53,241 bases of DNA, taken from NCBI GenBank assembly GCA_034723545.1, contig JAYEPA010000001.1:2227-55467 (forward strand), read 5' to 3'. The notes below the pieces were generated by a model that saw only the letters and a list, made by a program, of their open reading frames with translations, was not told where the DNA came from and ran no database searches. This document shows positions 45,701 to 53,241 of this stretch, piece after piece (the first letter of the stretch is position 1; every line of letters starts with the position of its first letter). A program made the position numbers and the translations under genes. Origin of the DNA: Thermodesulfobacteriota bacterium. GTDB lineage: Bacteria > Desulfobacterota > Desulfobulbia > Desulfobulbales > SURF-16.

Positions 45701-47068
45701 TTCAAGGCCCGTGACGAGTTCATGAGCCAGATCCGCCAGGCCTTAACCCAGATTGAAGATAAGACAGGCCGACTTTATGGCGCTCCGGACAGGCCGCTGT
45801 TGGTGTCAGTACGCAGTGGCGCCGCCGTTTCCATGCCAGGCATGATGGCCACTATCCTTAATGTCGGATTGAACAGGGACATTGTCGAGGGTTTTGCCCA
45901 GAGCACGGGTCAGACCTACCTGGCCTGGGACAATTACCGGCGATTTCTGCAGACCTGGGCCATGACTCTGGGCGTGGAACGGGAAACTTTTCAGGCCTTG
46001 ATGAACGAGGCTAAAGCCAGACATCAGGTGAGCGTAAAAAGGCTGTTTACCGCCGGCCAGATGAAAGAACTTGCCTTAAATTATCAACAGACCATCCGTG
46101 ATCTCGGCATCACCATTCCAGACGATCCCTGGCTGCAGCTCATCGGGGCGGTTGAAATGGTGCTGAACTCCTGGAGTGCCGAAAAAACAAAGGATTTCAG
46201 AAAATTGATGGATGTCTCCGACTCATGGGGCACAGCCGTGATTGTTCAAAGTATGGTTTTTGGAAATATGGGCTCTCACTCCGGCAGCGGTGTGGTTTTT
46301 ACAGCCCACCCCTATCGTAAGGTGCGGCGGGTTGCCCTCTGGGGTGATTATGCCAGCAGTGATCAGGGCGAGGATATCGTCGGCGGTTTGGTCACCACCT
46401 ATCCCGTCTCCGTGGAGCAGGCCGAGATCGATGGCCGGCCCATAAAATTTACCCTGGAAAAAAAATCACCGGAAATCTATGATGAACTTCTTGCCATAGC
46501 CCGTGACCTGGTTTACGAAAAGCGATGGAATCCCCAGGAAATCGAGTTTACCTTTGAAGGTCCCAGTCGCTCTGATCTTTATATTTTGCAGACCAGGGAC
46601 ATGATCACCATCAAGAAAAAAGAGCGTTTTGATGTTTTTGTGGATGACGCAGAGTCGGGTAGTGATTTCTTGGGTAAGGGTATTGGAGTCAGTGGCAGTG
46701 CCCTGTCCGGCCGGGCCGTTTTTACGGGGGAAAATGTTAAACAGCTCCGCAGGGAAGACCCGGAGACTCCACTTATCCTTATCCGCCAGGATACGGTCCC
46801 CGAGGACATTCGGGAGATTTCACTTGCAGACGGACTGCTCACGGCCCGCGGCGGCCAGACATCCCATGCCTCGGTGGTGACCTTGCGTCTGGAGAAAACC
46901 TGCGTGGTGGGCTGCCGCACTCTGCAGGTGTATGAGACCGATGAGCGCTGCGAAATTGACGGTCAGATCATCCGCTTTGGCGATCCCATCAGTATTGACG
47001 GCAGAAAGGGGCTTTTTTTGAAAGGAAGTCACCCCGTGGAAGAGAAGATTCATATTCTGCCGATTTAA
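42779..47068 (+). CDS. PPDK-like dikinase: large N-terminal region + ATP-grasp + phospho-His swivel domain, no pyruvate barrel
   Basis: LGNKG, PVPPGFIITT, LVSVRSGA..SMPGMM.T, VQSMVFGN, QGEDIV, LQTR, GGQTSHASVV. Confidence 0.85.
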   Translation: MPPIQSDALKANLEETAVDEVVIDPAMEVLIEIVHDMKGIRNSIEELLYEIHHPFRNWNMIVPRLRTFVLKNERLYHRHPMGAEAFSRFTDIFFLALQEAGKNHTLLALTMESLLAYFAKSVTLEPKTLPRFEPAHAACFEKLRGLDDQIIMYMVQGRHPMKKIAIFLLHYSEEENQAYDLRPVGCLMQRVLTLNYEYWLAEEDPLPWFLAECSDMCNDWQAGKLFHAVSHEQLTLHLDALGRIDIETSPGRLLEILALPSHMDLVRLYKDIPKKLAELQKNGESGEGKDKADRFAENRKLLFLFRIMRTSGLYLIHEETLREINRSLVQLIRLQTFEEIKSFLLTTLHLLKANVRKYPHTSMQCIQVLGTEVFKRGNSRLVETFLFEVVRFGFQFANVVGVDEDWQPITNPAHLANIRVWLNMIMQEPKWCSILFSALIINLNLSGTCVKDTDLFQRDITRLLNHPIEPVYNLVKQFAKIMPVFFNEIGAEGKLRDVSTEIDETHKRKDLLIHFLRKQSHVESSNLIVDFIRAIIIFWKTRDKEELRDYLPDEILSQVATEGVFVNDLHLLVNRAFALPNISTEKDLLDWDQQHIDLFLAEQTDLNPVEVNRFSLLVKMYKLLDQKYNLGLQQFRQQLEQAINSGFPEMEELLADLEICDTFQCLGALLDGLERLKDIIQSDEVFPVQEDIYHKRHIAVDIPSVYGRYSEKKFDALGLTFRLESLANIYLEKLPSTVNLSFITRATFIDIVKCLKLYLRALNIDGISSRRLQTYVSLLSSSLKLRRFSYTQYLDILRGLSEGVKDVIYAYYTNIHQNNLSIIIPQIGSRNLLAKYRNLWHQAAVHGQGKVPVDDVVDLPTKASIHRLSEAFLRDLIATTFGLQHLDNFITRIYQTLERQIKVLDEERLDLLMTYNPERVIHLLHRRNPETHNLILLGNKGFNLTLLADDDKPVPPGFIITTEIFRCWPVVKDFFKARDEFMSQIRQALTQIEDKTGRLYGAPDRPLLVSVRSGAAVSMPGMMATILNVGLNRDIVEGFAQSTGQTYLAWDNYRRFLQTWAMTLGVERETFQALMNEAKARHQVSVKRLFTAGQMKELALNYQQTIRDLGITIPDDPWLQLIGAVEMVLNSWSAEKTKDFRKLMDVSDSWGTAVIVQSMVFGNMGSHSGSGVVFTAHPYRKVRRVALWGDYASSDQGEDIVGGLVTTYPVSVEQAEIDGRPIKFTLEKKSPEIYDELLAIARDLVYEKRWNPQEIEFTFEGPSRSDLYILQTRDMITIKKKERFDVFVDDAESGSDFLGKGIGVSGSALSGRAVFTGENVKQLRREDPETPLILIRQDTVPEDIREISLADGLLTARGGQTSHASVVTLRLEKTCVVGCRTLQVYETDERCEIDGQIIRFGDPISIDGRKGLFLKGSHPVEEKIHILPI

Positions 47069-47147
47069 GGAATCGAATGAAGTAGCTTTAAAAGGCACAT
47101 TTCCAGAAAGTGGCAGTAATTGGGCAATGTATACACTAGAGAAATTG

Positions 47148-47324
47148 GTAATAGTTCACCAGCACCCCATCTATGCACGATCAGGCCGGCTCACAGGACT
47201 ACTATCGTTCGCTGGCCTGATCGGAGTCTCCGCTACACTATGCTTACCTGCACATATATGAGGCACTGGTAAACTATCATATTTCGGAATTCCCCCAAGG
47301 ATTTAGCCCTTGGTGAGCTGCTAC
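47148..47324. mobile_element. Family A-like MITE, subfamily A4, with micro-insert
   Basis: GTAATAGTTCACCA...TGGTAAACTATCAT...TGGTGAGCTGCTAC with the same geometry; no TSD retained. Confidence 0.7.
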
Positions 47325-47381
47325 AACTCGAATGGTCTCTAACTGGAACAGCCACTATTCAGGTATATTTATATAAGGAAA

Positions 47382-48503
47382 GTGCTAATGGTTTGTAGAA
47401 GAAATATAATTAAAACAATTTTAATATGTTCGTTTGTTTTGTTAACCTCTGCATTTTCATCCAATTTATTTGCTGAAGAACTGAATGCGAATATAAACAA
47501 TGTTTTCCTAAAAATTATTTCCTCGGTCAATAAACAGGAAATTTTTAATTTAGAGAAAAATTACGCTCCGAGCGCTTCTTTTTCAGGAGAATCCTTTCAA
47601 CCAGCTGCGTCCTCACCATCTACCTATGTTCAATCGTACTTTCCTTTAAATAACAATGATGTAAAATATTATGAAGGTGACGTAGCTGGTACAACATATT
47701 ATGCCACTTATCGTTATTCTCAGGTCGACTACAATGGTAATATATGTTTTCTTGAATATGATTCTCTGGATGGCAGTAAAGGTTATTATGGGCATTCTGG
47801 CAGTAATCTTAACATGTATGGAGTAAGTATTGAGGGTGAAAGTTATCCTTTTGATAGTCCTCTTACCATTCTTAATGATTCAATATTAAATGATGGCGGT
47901 TCCCTTCAGTCAAGCACCACTTTCTCTGCGGAGGGGTATAGCATCGATGTGAATTTGACAGTAAATTCACAAAATATCGGTTCTGTATCTATTCCCCTGG
48001 GGTCAGTGGATAATTGTAGATCAATAGAAATGATTTTCAATTTTAGTGTTCAAGGTGAATCAGAAACATTTGATATGAAGGAGGTGTGGATTCTGGCACC
48101 GAATATCGGCAAATTGAGAATAGCTTTAATGGATCAATTCTTTAATGATAGAGGATGGCTTGATCTTACCGGTGGCACTGTTGGAGGACAAGACATTGTC
48201 GATATTATTACACCGATTATTGCAAATTTTAAGGCTGATCTCTTTGGTGGATTTTCGCCCCTTACCGTTCAGTTTACTGATCTATCTTCAGGATCAATCA
48301 ACTCATGGTATTGGGATTTTGGAGACGGAACAAATAGTTTCAATAGCAACCCACAGCATGTTTTTTCAAGCCCCGGGGCATATACAGTGAGCCTGACTGT
48401 TACTGGTCCAAATGGTTCAGATGCAGAGAGCAAAGCTGACTGTATTAATGTGAAAGAGATGAAAGCCATGCCCTGGATACCGAACCTGCTACTTGACGAT
48501 TGA
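47382..48503 (+). CDS. Exported PKD-domain protein, AT-rich
   Basis: Signal peptide; PLTVQFTD.S...SWYWDFGDG...PGAYTVSLTV. Confidence 0.85.
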   Translation: MLMVCRRNIIKTILICSFVLLTSAFSSNLFAEELNANINNVFLKIISSVNKQEIFNLEKNYAPSASFSGESFQPAASSPSTYVQSYFPLNNNDVKYYEGDVAGTTYYATYRYSQVDYNGNICFLEYDSLDGSKGYYGHSGSNLNMYGVSIEGESYPFDSPLTILNDSILNDGGSLQSSTTFSAEGYSIDVNLTVNSQNIGSVSIPLGSVDNCRSIEMIFNFSVQGESETFDMKEVWILAPNIGKLRIALMDQFFNDRGWLDLTGGTVGGQDIVDIITPIIANFKADLFGGFSPLTVQFTDLSSGSINSWYWDFGDGTNSFNSNPQHVFSSPGAYTVSLTVTGPNGSDAESKADCINVKEMKAMPWIPNLLLDD

Positions 48504-48741
48504 TATGTGAATTGCATAAAAAGCCGGGGGCATTGTGACACTGTTTTGAGCAGATAATAACAGGTGTATTCCCATTTTGTCGCAGATCAGTCTGCAACCG
48601 TAAAACAAGTGTCACTAGAGGAAATCTCCGTTTTCCACTCGGAATGGCACCAGTCATGATTTAACATGACATGAATACCAAGACTACGTTTTACCGCTCA
48701 GGATGTTGCTTTCGATACATTCAAATCGGTCTTTAAATTTT

Positions 48742-50415
48742 TTATCGTGTCTGTCTTTTTTGCCCGACCTGGCGTTTTCTGAATTTAAAGTTTTCGTTCA
48801 AACCCAGCAGGACCTCGGCATCTCTTTTATAGGGATCTTTTTTAAAACGCACAGTGCCGTCCGGTTCTACAGCCGTCGTCCAGTAAAACAGCAAGATTGG
48901 CACCGGTTTGGGAAGCCTGACCGTTTGGGTTCGTCCGGAATCGATGGCCTGCTTAAAGCTTTCCGGGTTCCACTTGTCGGGATCGTCCAGTAAAATTTGG
49001 GCGAGTTCAAAGGGCTTTTTAGTACGGATACAGCCGGAGCTAAAGGTACGATCGGTGCGTTCAAACAGGGATTTGCTGGGGGTGTCGTGAATAAAAACAA
49101 GGTGTTTGTTTGGGAACATTATTTTTATCAGTCCCATAGCGTTATCAGGTCCGGGGTCCTGGCGTAGCTGGTAGGGAAAATTGCGACCGGTGTATTTCGA
49201 CCAATCGATTGTATCCTGGTTAACCGTTTTTCCGGTGCGATCGATGACTCTGATATTGCGGTCTTTTAAGTAATTGCGGTCTTTTTTGACGGCCGGAAGG
49301 GTATCTTTAGCTAGGATACCTGGTGGGATCGTCCAAGTTGGATTCAAATCCAGATATGTGATTTCTGATTTAAATACCGGTGTCTGGCGATAGGGCCTTC
49401 CAACCTGAACGCGGCTGGTCCAGACAATTTTATTATCTTGATAAACAAACACTTCGAAACCGGCAATGTCAACAATGACAAATTGGCCGCTGATCGCATG
49501 CAGCACCCATCGCAGCCGTTCCAGGTTAATCCGGATCTGATCAATTCGGTTCTCAACCGGAACATTGAGTGCCTCAATCGTCTGTTTACCCACAGATCCG
49601 TCGGTAGTGAGATGATGGCGGGCCTGGAATCGTTTCACGGCTTGTTCAAGCGCGTCATCAAAGATTTCAGACGTCGATGCTTCCATTGAAAAATCACCGG
49701 TGATTTGCAGGCGTTTGCGCAAAAGCAGAACCCGGCCATCTTGCATGCCTTTTTTGAGTGTCGGACCTGCTGGTATCGCCTCCCAGCCCCCGTTTGCCTG
49801 AAAGGCACGGTATTTTTTAAGTGCAGATTTCAATTTGTTGTAAACGATAGGTTGCGGCCTGAGTTCTTCAATTTTTTTAGAAAGATTACCGGCATCCAGT
49901 ATCTCTTGAATATAAATTGCAGGACGGTCATCATCGATTTCTACCATAAGGTTCCAGTGAGGGTGATGGTCTTCAGGGTCGACCTTACCGAAAATAAGGT
50001 GATAGCCCATACGGATCAGACTGTCTGTCAGCAACAAGTCAAAATCGGCTAAAAGTGCTGGATCAGAAGAGGTGCCGGAACCGATCCGGGATCGCAATTG
50101 CTCGATTTTCGTAAAGTGATAATCATCCGGTTTAAGTCCATCTTCCTCAATTTGTTTAATGGCCTCAAACAGATCTTCAACATTTTTAGGATTGGTCCAA
50201 AGCCGTTGAAAGCCATTTTCTTCATAGAGCTCGGGCAGAACGGTGATGGAGGCAATCTGAGCTTCATCGATTTGCAACGTATGGGTGGATCTTATTTGTT
50301 CAACATTGTTTCTGATAATCTCGGTGATTGCATGATCAGCAGCTAGGGCATAACCTGTAATCAAAAGGATCTGAACACAGCCGATTAAAACGATCCTGTG
50401 CAAGTAGCGTGTCAT
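48742..50415 (-). CDS. L,D-transpeptidase (YcbB/LdtD family) with peptidoglycan-binding domain
   Basis: AVKRFQARH.L..DG, NLERLRW, HDTP...SSGCIR. Confidence 0.92.
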   Translation of the reverse strand: MTRYLHRIVLIGCVQILLITGYALAADHAITEIIRNNVEQIRSTHTLQIDEAQIASITVLPELYEENGFQRLWTNPKNVEDLFEAIKQIEEDGLKPDDYHFTKIEQLRSRIGSGTSSDPALLADFDLLLTDSLIRMGYHLIFGKVDPEDHHPHWNLMVEIDDDRPAIYIQEILDAGNLSKKIEELRPQPIVYNKLKSALKKYRAFQANGGWEAIPAGPTLKKGMQDGRVLLLRKRLQITGDFSMEASTSEIFDDALEQAVKRFQARHHLTTDGSVGKQTIEALNVPVENRIDQIRINLERLRWVLHAISGQFVIVDIAGFEVFVYQDNKIVWTSRVQVGRPYRQTPVFKSEITYLDLNPTWTIPPGILAKDTLPAVKKDRNYLKDRNIRVIDRTGKTVNQDTIDWSKYTGRNFPYQLRQDPGPDNAMGLIKIMFPNKHLVFIHDTPSKSLFERTDRTFSSGCIRTKKPFELAQILLDDPDKWNPESFKQAIDSGRTQTVRLPKPVPILLFYWTTAVEPDGTVRFKKDPYKRDAEVLLGLNENFKFRKRQVGQKRQTR

Positions 50416-50600
50416 TTTACAATTTCCTTTCTCATTTTTTGTTTAATGATGGGTTTGATCCTACGATTGATAAATTTAGATAGAATATAATGCTTCAATG
50501 TAACTTTGTACAGGAACAATGGGAGGTGTATTGGGAACCAGGGAATAGGTTTTTCTATAATTGATAAGAAAGGATGGTTTGGGATACTTTCATTACGAAT

Positions 50601-50645
50601 CAAAAAAAGCCTGTTGCGCTGATCAGCGCAACAGGCTTTTTTTTG
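50601..50645 (-). terminator. Intrinsic terminator of hcp
   Basis: AAAAAAAGCCTGTTGCGCTGA / TCAGCGCAACAGGCTTTTTTT palindrome. Confidence 0.85.
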
Positions 50646-50656
50646 TCAAAATACGA

Positions 50657-52288
50657 TTAACCGAGGATGGCTTTCAGGTCTTCCTCGGGAGTTGCGGCAA
50701 TGGGTTTTAAGTCAAAGTTCTGAACCAGAACATCCAGTACCGCCGGCGAGATAAAAGCGGGTAGGCTCGGTCCAAGCCGGATATCTTTTATTCCCAGGAA
50801 GAGCAAGGTCAAAAGGATTGCCACGGCCTTCTGCTCATACCAGGAGATGATCATGGACAGGGGCAGATCATTGACGCCGCAGTCAAAGGCCTTGGCCAGG
50901 GCCACGGCGATCTGGATGGCGGAGTAGGCATCATTGCACTGTCCCACATCCAGCAGTCGTGGAATGCCGCCGATATCCCCCAGTTGTTTATCAAAAAAGC
51001 GAAACTTACCGCAGGCCAGGGTCAGGACCACGCAGTCTTGCGGCACCTGCTCAACAAACTTGGTAAAGTAGTCACGGCCCGGTTTGGCACCGTCGCAGCC
51101 GCCAACCAGGAAGAAGTGACGGATATCCTTGTTCTTGACCGCTTCGATGATTTTGTCGGCCACGCCCAGTACGGCGTTATGACCAAAACCAACCATGACC
51201 GAACCGTTGTCAGCATCGTCGGTAAAACCGTCCATTTTCAGGGCCATGTCAATAACCGCGCTGAAATCCTTTTTAACCAGATGAGTGCAGCCGGGCCAGC
51301 CCACAAGACCAGTGGTAAACACCCGATCCTTGTAGGAATCTTTTGGCTTCTGGATACAGTTGGTGGTGAAGAGGACAGGCCCGGGGAAGTTGGGAAACTC
51401 TTTATGCTGATTTTGCCAGGCTGTGCCGAAGTGACCATAAAAATGATCATATTTTTTCAGTTCCGGATACCCGTGGCAGGGCAGCATTTCACCGTGGGTG
51501 TAAATATCGATTCCTTTACCCTTGGTCTGCTCAAGCAGCAGGGCCAGATCATGAAGATCATGACCTGTGATCAGGATGGCCTTGTTCTTGCGGTGACCCA
51601 GCGGCACAGTGGTGGGCACTGGATGACCGTAGGTCCCGGTGTTGGCCTCATCAAGTAATTGCATGGTGCGCAGATTGATCTCGCCGGCCTTGAGAGCAAC
51701 ACCAACACAGTCCTCAACGCTTAAACCTTTTGCGGTCAGGGCAGCCAGGGCTTCGTAAACAAAGGCGGCAACAGCATCGTCGTGTTTACCAAGAATCCAG
51801 GCATGATCCGCGTAGGCGGCAATGCCCTTGAGTCCATAGAGCAGGGTCTGTTTCAGGGAGCGAATATTCTCATCATCGTCAAGAGTCGGGATCAGATGAG
51901 TTTCAAGTCCCTGAGCGGCCAACCCTTCCAGGCTGTCCGCCGGAGCAAATGTGGCTGCGGCAACATCAAAATCAGTCTTGCCGCCGGCGGCAGCGACTTT
52001 GTCTTTCATTGCGTCGCGCAGTTCAACGGCACGTTTAATCAGGACGACAAAACGCTCCGGGTCAAAATCAACATTAGTCAAAGTTGAGAAGACCGCTTCC
52101 ATGGTAAAGCGATCGGTTTCCTCATCGACAATGCCGTGCTGACGTCCTTCATGGGCATAGATGGCAAGACCCTCCATGGCATAAATCAGCAGATCCTGAA
52201 GATCGGCAATTTCCTCATTTTTGCCGCACACGCCAATCTTGGTGCAGCCGGTTCCCTTGGCAGTCTGTTCACACTGGTTACAAAACAT
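50657..52288 (-). CDS. hcp: Hybrid cluster (prismane) protein
   Basis: MFCNQCEQT..C...GVCGK, TGHDL, YTHGEMLP, TTNC, GGCD, GQCND, SWYEQKA. Confidence 0.97.
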   Translation of the reverse strand: MFCNQCEQTAKGTGCTKIGVCGKNEEIADLQDLLIYAMEGLAIYAHEGRQHGIVDEETDRFTMEAVFSTLTNVDFDPERFVVLIKRAVELRDAMKDKVAAAGGKTDFDVAAATFAPADSLEGLAAQGLETHLIPTLDDDENIRSLKQTLLYGLKGIAAYADHAWILGKHDDAVAAFVYEALAALTAKGLSVEDCVGVALKAGEINLRTMQLLDEANTGTYGHPVPTTVPLGHRKNKAILITGHDLHDLALLLEQTKGKGIDIYTHGEMLPCHGYPELKKYDHFYGHFGTAWQNQHKEFPNFPGPVLFTTNCIQKPKDSYKDRVFTTGLVGWPGCTHLVKKDFSAVIDMALKMDGFTDDADNGSVMVGFGHNAVLGVADKIIEAVKNKDIRHFFLVGGCDGAKPGRDYFTKFVEQVPQDCVVLTLACGKFRFFDKQLGDIGGIPRLLDVGQCNDAYSAIQIAVALAKAFDCGVNDLPLSMIISWYEQKAVAILLTLLFLGIKDIRLGPSLPAFISPAVLDVLVQNFDLKPIAATPEEDLKAILG

Positions 52289-52374
52289 AATAGTTCTCCT
52301 GTGTTTTATTTAAAAAAGTTTTTTACCTTATGATTGAGGTTAGTTTGATCATAATGAATTTTCCTCAATTTCCA

Positions 52375-52388
52375 TTGACTTATGTCAA
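52375..52388 (-). promoter_or_regulatory. HcpR/Crp-Fnr-family site upstream of hcp
   Basis: TTGAC-TTAT-GTCAA, centred about -41 relative to a TATGAT -10 box (52353-52348). Confidence 0.75.
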
Positions 52389-52499
52389 CAGTATGAATTT
52401 TGTTTGTTTTTTTGGGTCATTATCCTCCCACCGCCTGTAATCGTTAGAATCTGCGATTCTTCACAAAATAAAATATTGTCATTGTAAGGCTGAACACAC

Positions 52500-52508
52500 T
52501 GTATTACA
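52500..52508. promoter_or_regulatory. Putative TA operator overlapping the -10 region
   Basis: TGTATTACA palindrome within TTGTAA-17-TACATT. Confidence 0.45.
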
Positions 52509-52528
52509 TTGTAGGCAGGAGGTGTTTT

Positions 52529-52795
52529 ATGACAACTACTACTATGAGTTTAAGGTTGCCAAAGGAGCTGTCAGAACAACTGACGTCACTTGCCCGGTCG
52601 ACTAAGAGGACCAAATCTTTTTGTGCAGTTGAAGCAATAAAAAATTACTTAAGGCAAGAGTCCTGGCAAATTGAAGCAATTGAGGAAGGGCTTGAAAATG
52701 CTGATGCTGGCAGAATGATCAAGCATGAAGATGTTAACAATTGGGTTTCAAGCTGGAACACATCACATGAAAAAGAACTGCCGAGATGCAAGTAA
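52529..52795 (+). CDS. Ribbon-helix-helix (CopG-like) antitoxin
   Basis: MSLRLP...LA..T.RTKS..AVEAI..YL..E.WQI.AI.EG; SD AGGAGGT. Confidence 0.88.
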   Translation: MTTTTMSLRLPKELSEQLTSLARSTKRTKSFCAVEAIKNYLRQESWQIEAIEEGLENADAGRMIKHEDVNNWVSSWNTSHEKELPRCK

Positions 52796-53064
52796 GGTGG
52801 ACAGAGCAAGCCATAGCCGATATCCAGTCTCTCCGTGCATACATTGAGAAAGATAAACCTCAGGCCGCCAAAAAAATTGTTTTAAGAATTATTAGCATTG
52901 TAGAAAATGATTTGCTTTTGCAGCCTGGAATGGGTAGGCCGGGCAGAAAGCCGGGAACAAGAGAACTGATTATCTCAGGGACACCATATTTTATTCCATA
53001 TCGAATAAAGGACAATTGGTTAGAAATAATCAGGGTGTTGCATGGGGCAATGAAGTGGCCCTAG
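52786..53064 (+). CDS. RelE/ParE family toxin
   Basis: VRWT..A..D, GRPGR..GTREL, PY.IPYR, IIRVLHGA; overlaps the antitoxin. Confidence 0.9.
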   Translation: MQVRWTEQAIADIQSLRAYIEKDKPQAAKKIVLRIISIVENDLLLQPGMGRPGRKPGTRELIISGTPYFIPYRIKDNWLEIIRVLHGAMKWP

Positions 53065-53241
53065 AAAAAAGCTCAGGGTCAGATTTTGAAATATAAGTTT
53101 TTTGTAGTATCCGCATTAAACAAGGGAAAGGCACAACCGGTAGCGCAGTTCCGGCTGTGGGCGGCTTAAAAGATCTTTTTTGAAACCGATTCGTTCATGG
53201 AGGGTCAGAGAAGGGATATTGTCTTTATCTGTGTAGGAAAT

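Noticed and set aside
48540-48700. Riboswitch or ncRNA in this gap and at 53070-53241
   Set aside because: Only short scattered stems; no recognisable consensus; no tRNA or rRNA seen in the window.

Overview
Chromosomal segment of a Desulfobacterota bacterium, most likely Desulfobulbales. This is inferred from gene content, a Sec-peroxiredoxin and an HcpR-type site; no database search was possible. Core genes include thiC, dnaG-rpoD-dprA-topA, pyrB-pyrC, lepB, pilMNOP plus an atypical PilQ and a second secretin, rdgB, aroK-aroC, a glgA-like gene, gap, a 1429-aa dikinase-like gene, an L,D-transpeptidase, hcp and a RHH/RelE-ParE toxin-antitoxin pair. The most striking feature is in the intergenic DNA. 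Twelve copies of a ~152-bp non-autonomous element have GTAA...TTAC ends (IS66-like), and nine of them retain exact 8-bp target duplications. Across four diverged sequence subfamilies the layout is conserved: a ~108-bp hairpin that folds well on only one strand, plus a variable ~32-bp spacer closed by a second copy of the end. These elements carry a 17-27 bp micro-insertion (MGGTAAG...AGACTCC, 8 copies, at least 5 sites). They nest with other MITE and REP families, and one copy has replaced the aroK start. Other points of interest are a UGA/SECIS peroxiredoxin, tandem NrdR-like boxes upstream of pilM, a PilQ whose secretin barrel is replaced by TPRs, an EHD-like dynamin, and a PPDK-like protein lacking the pyruvate domain directly after gap.
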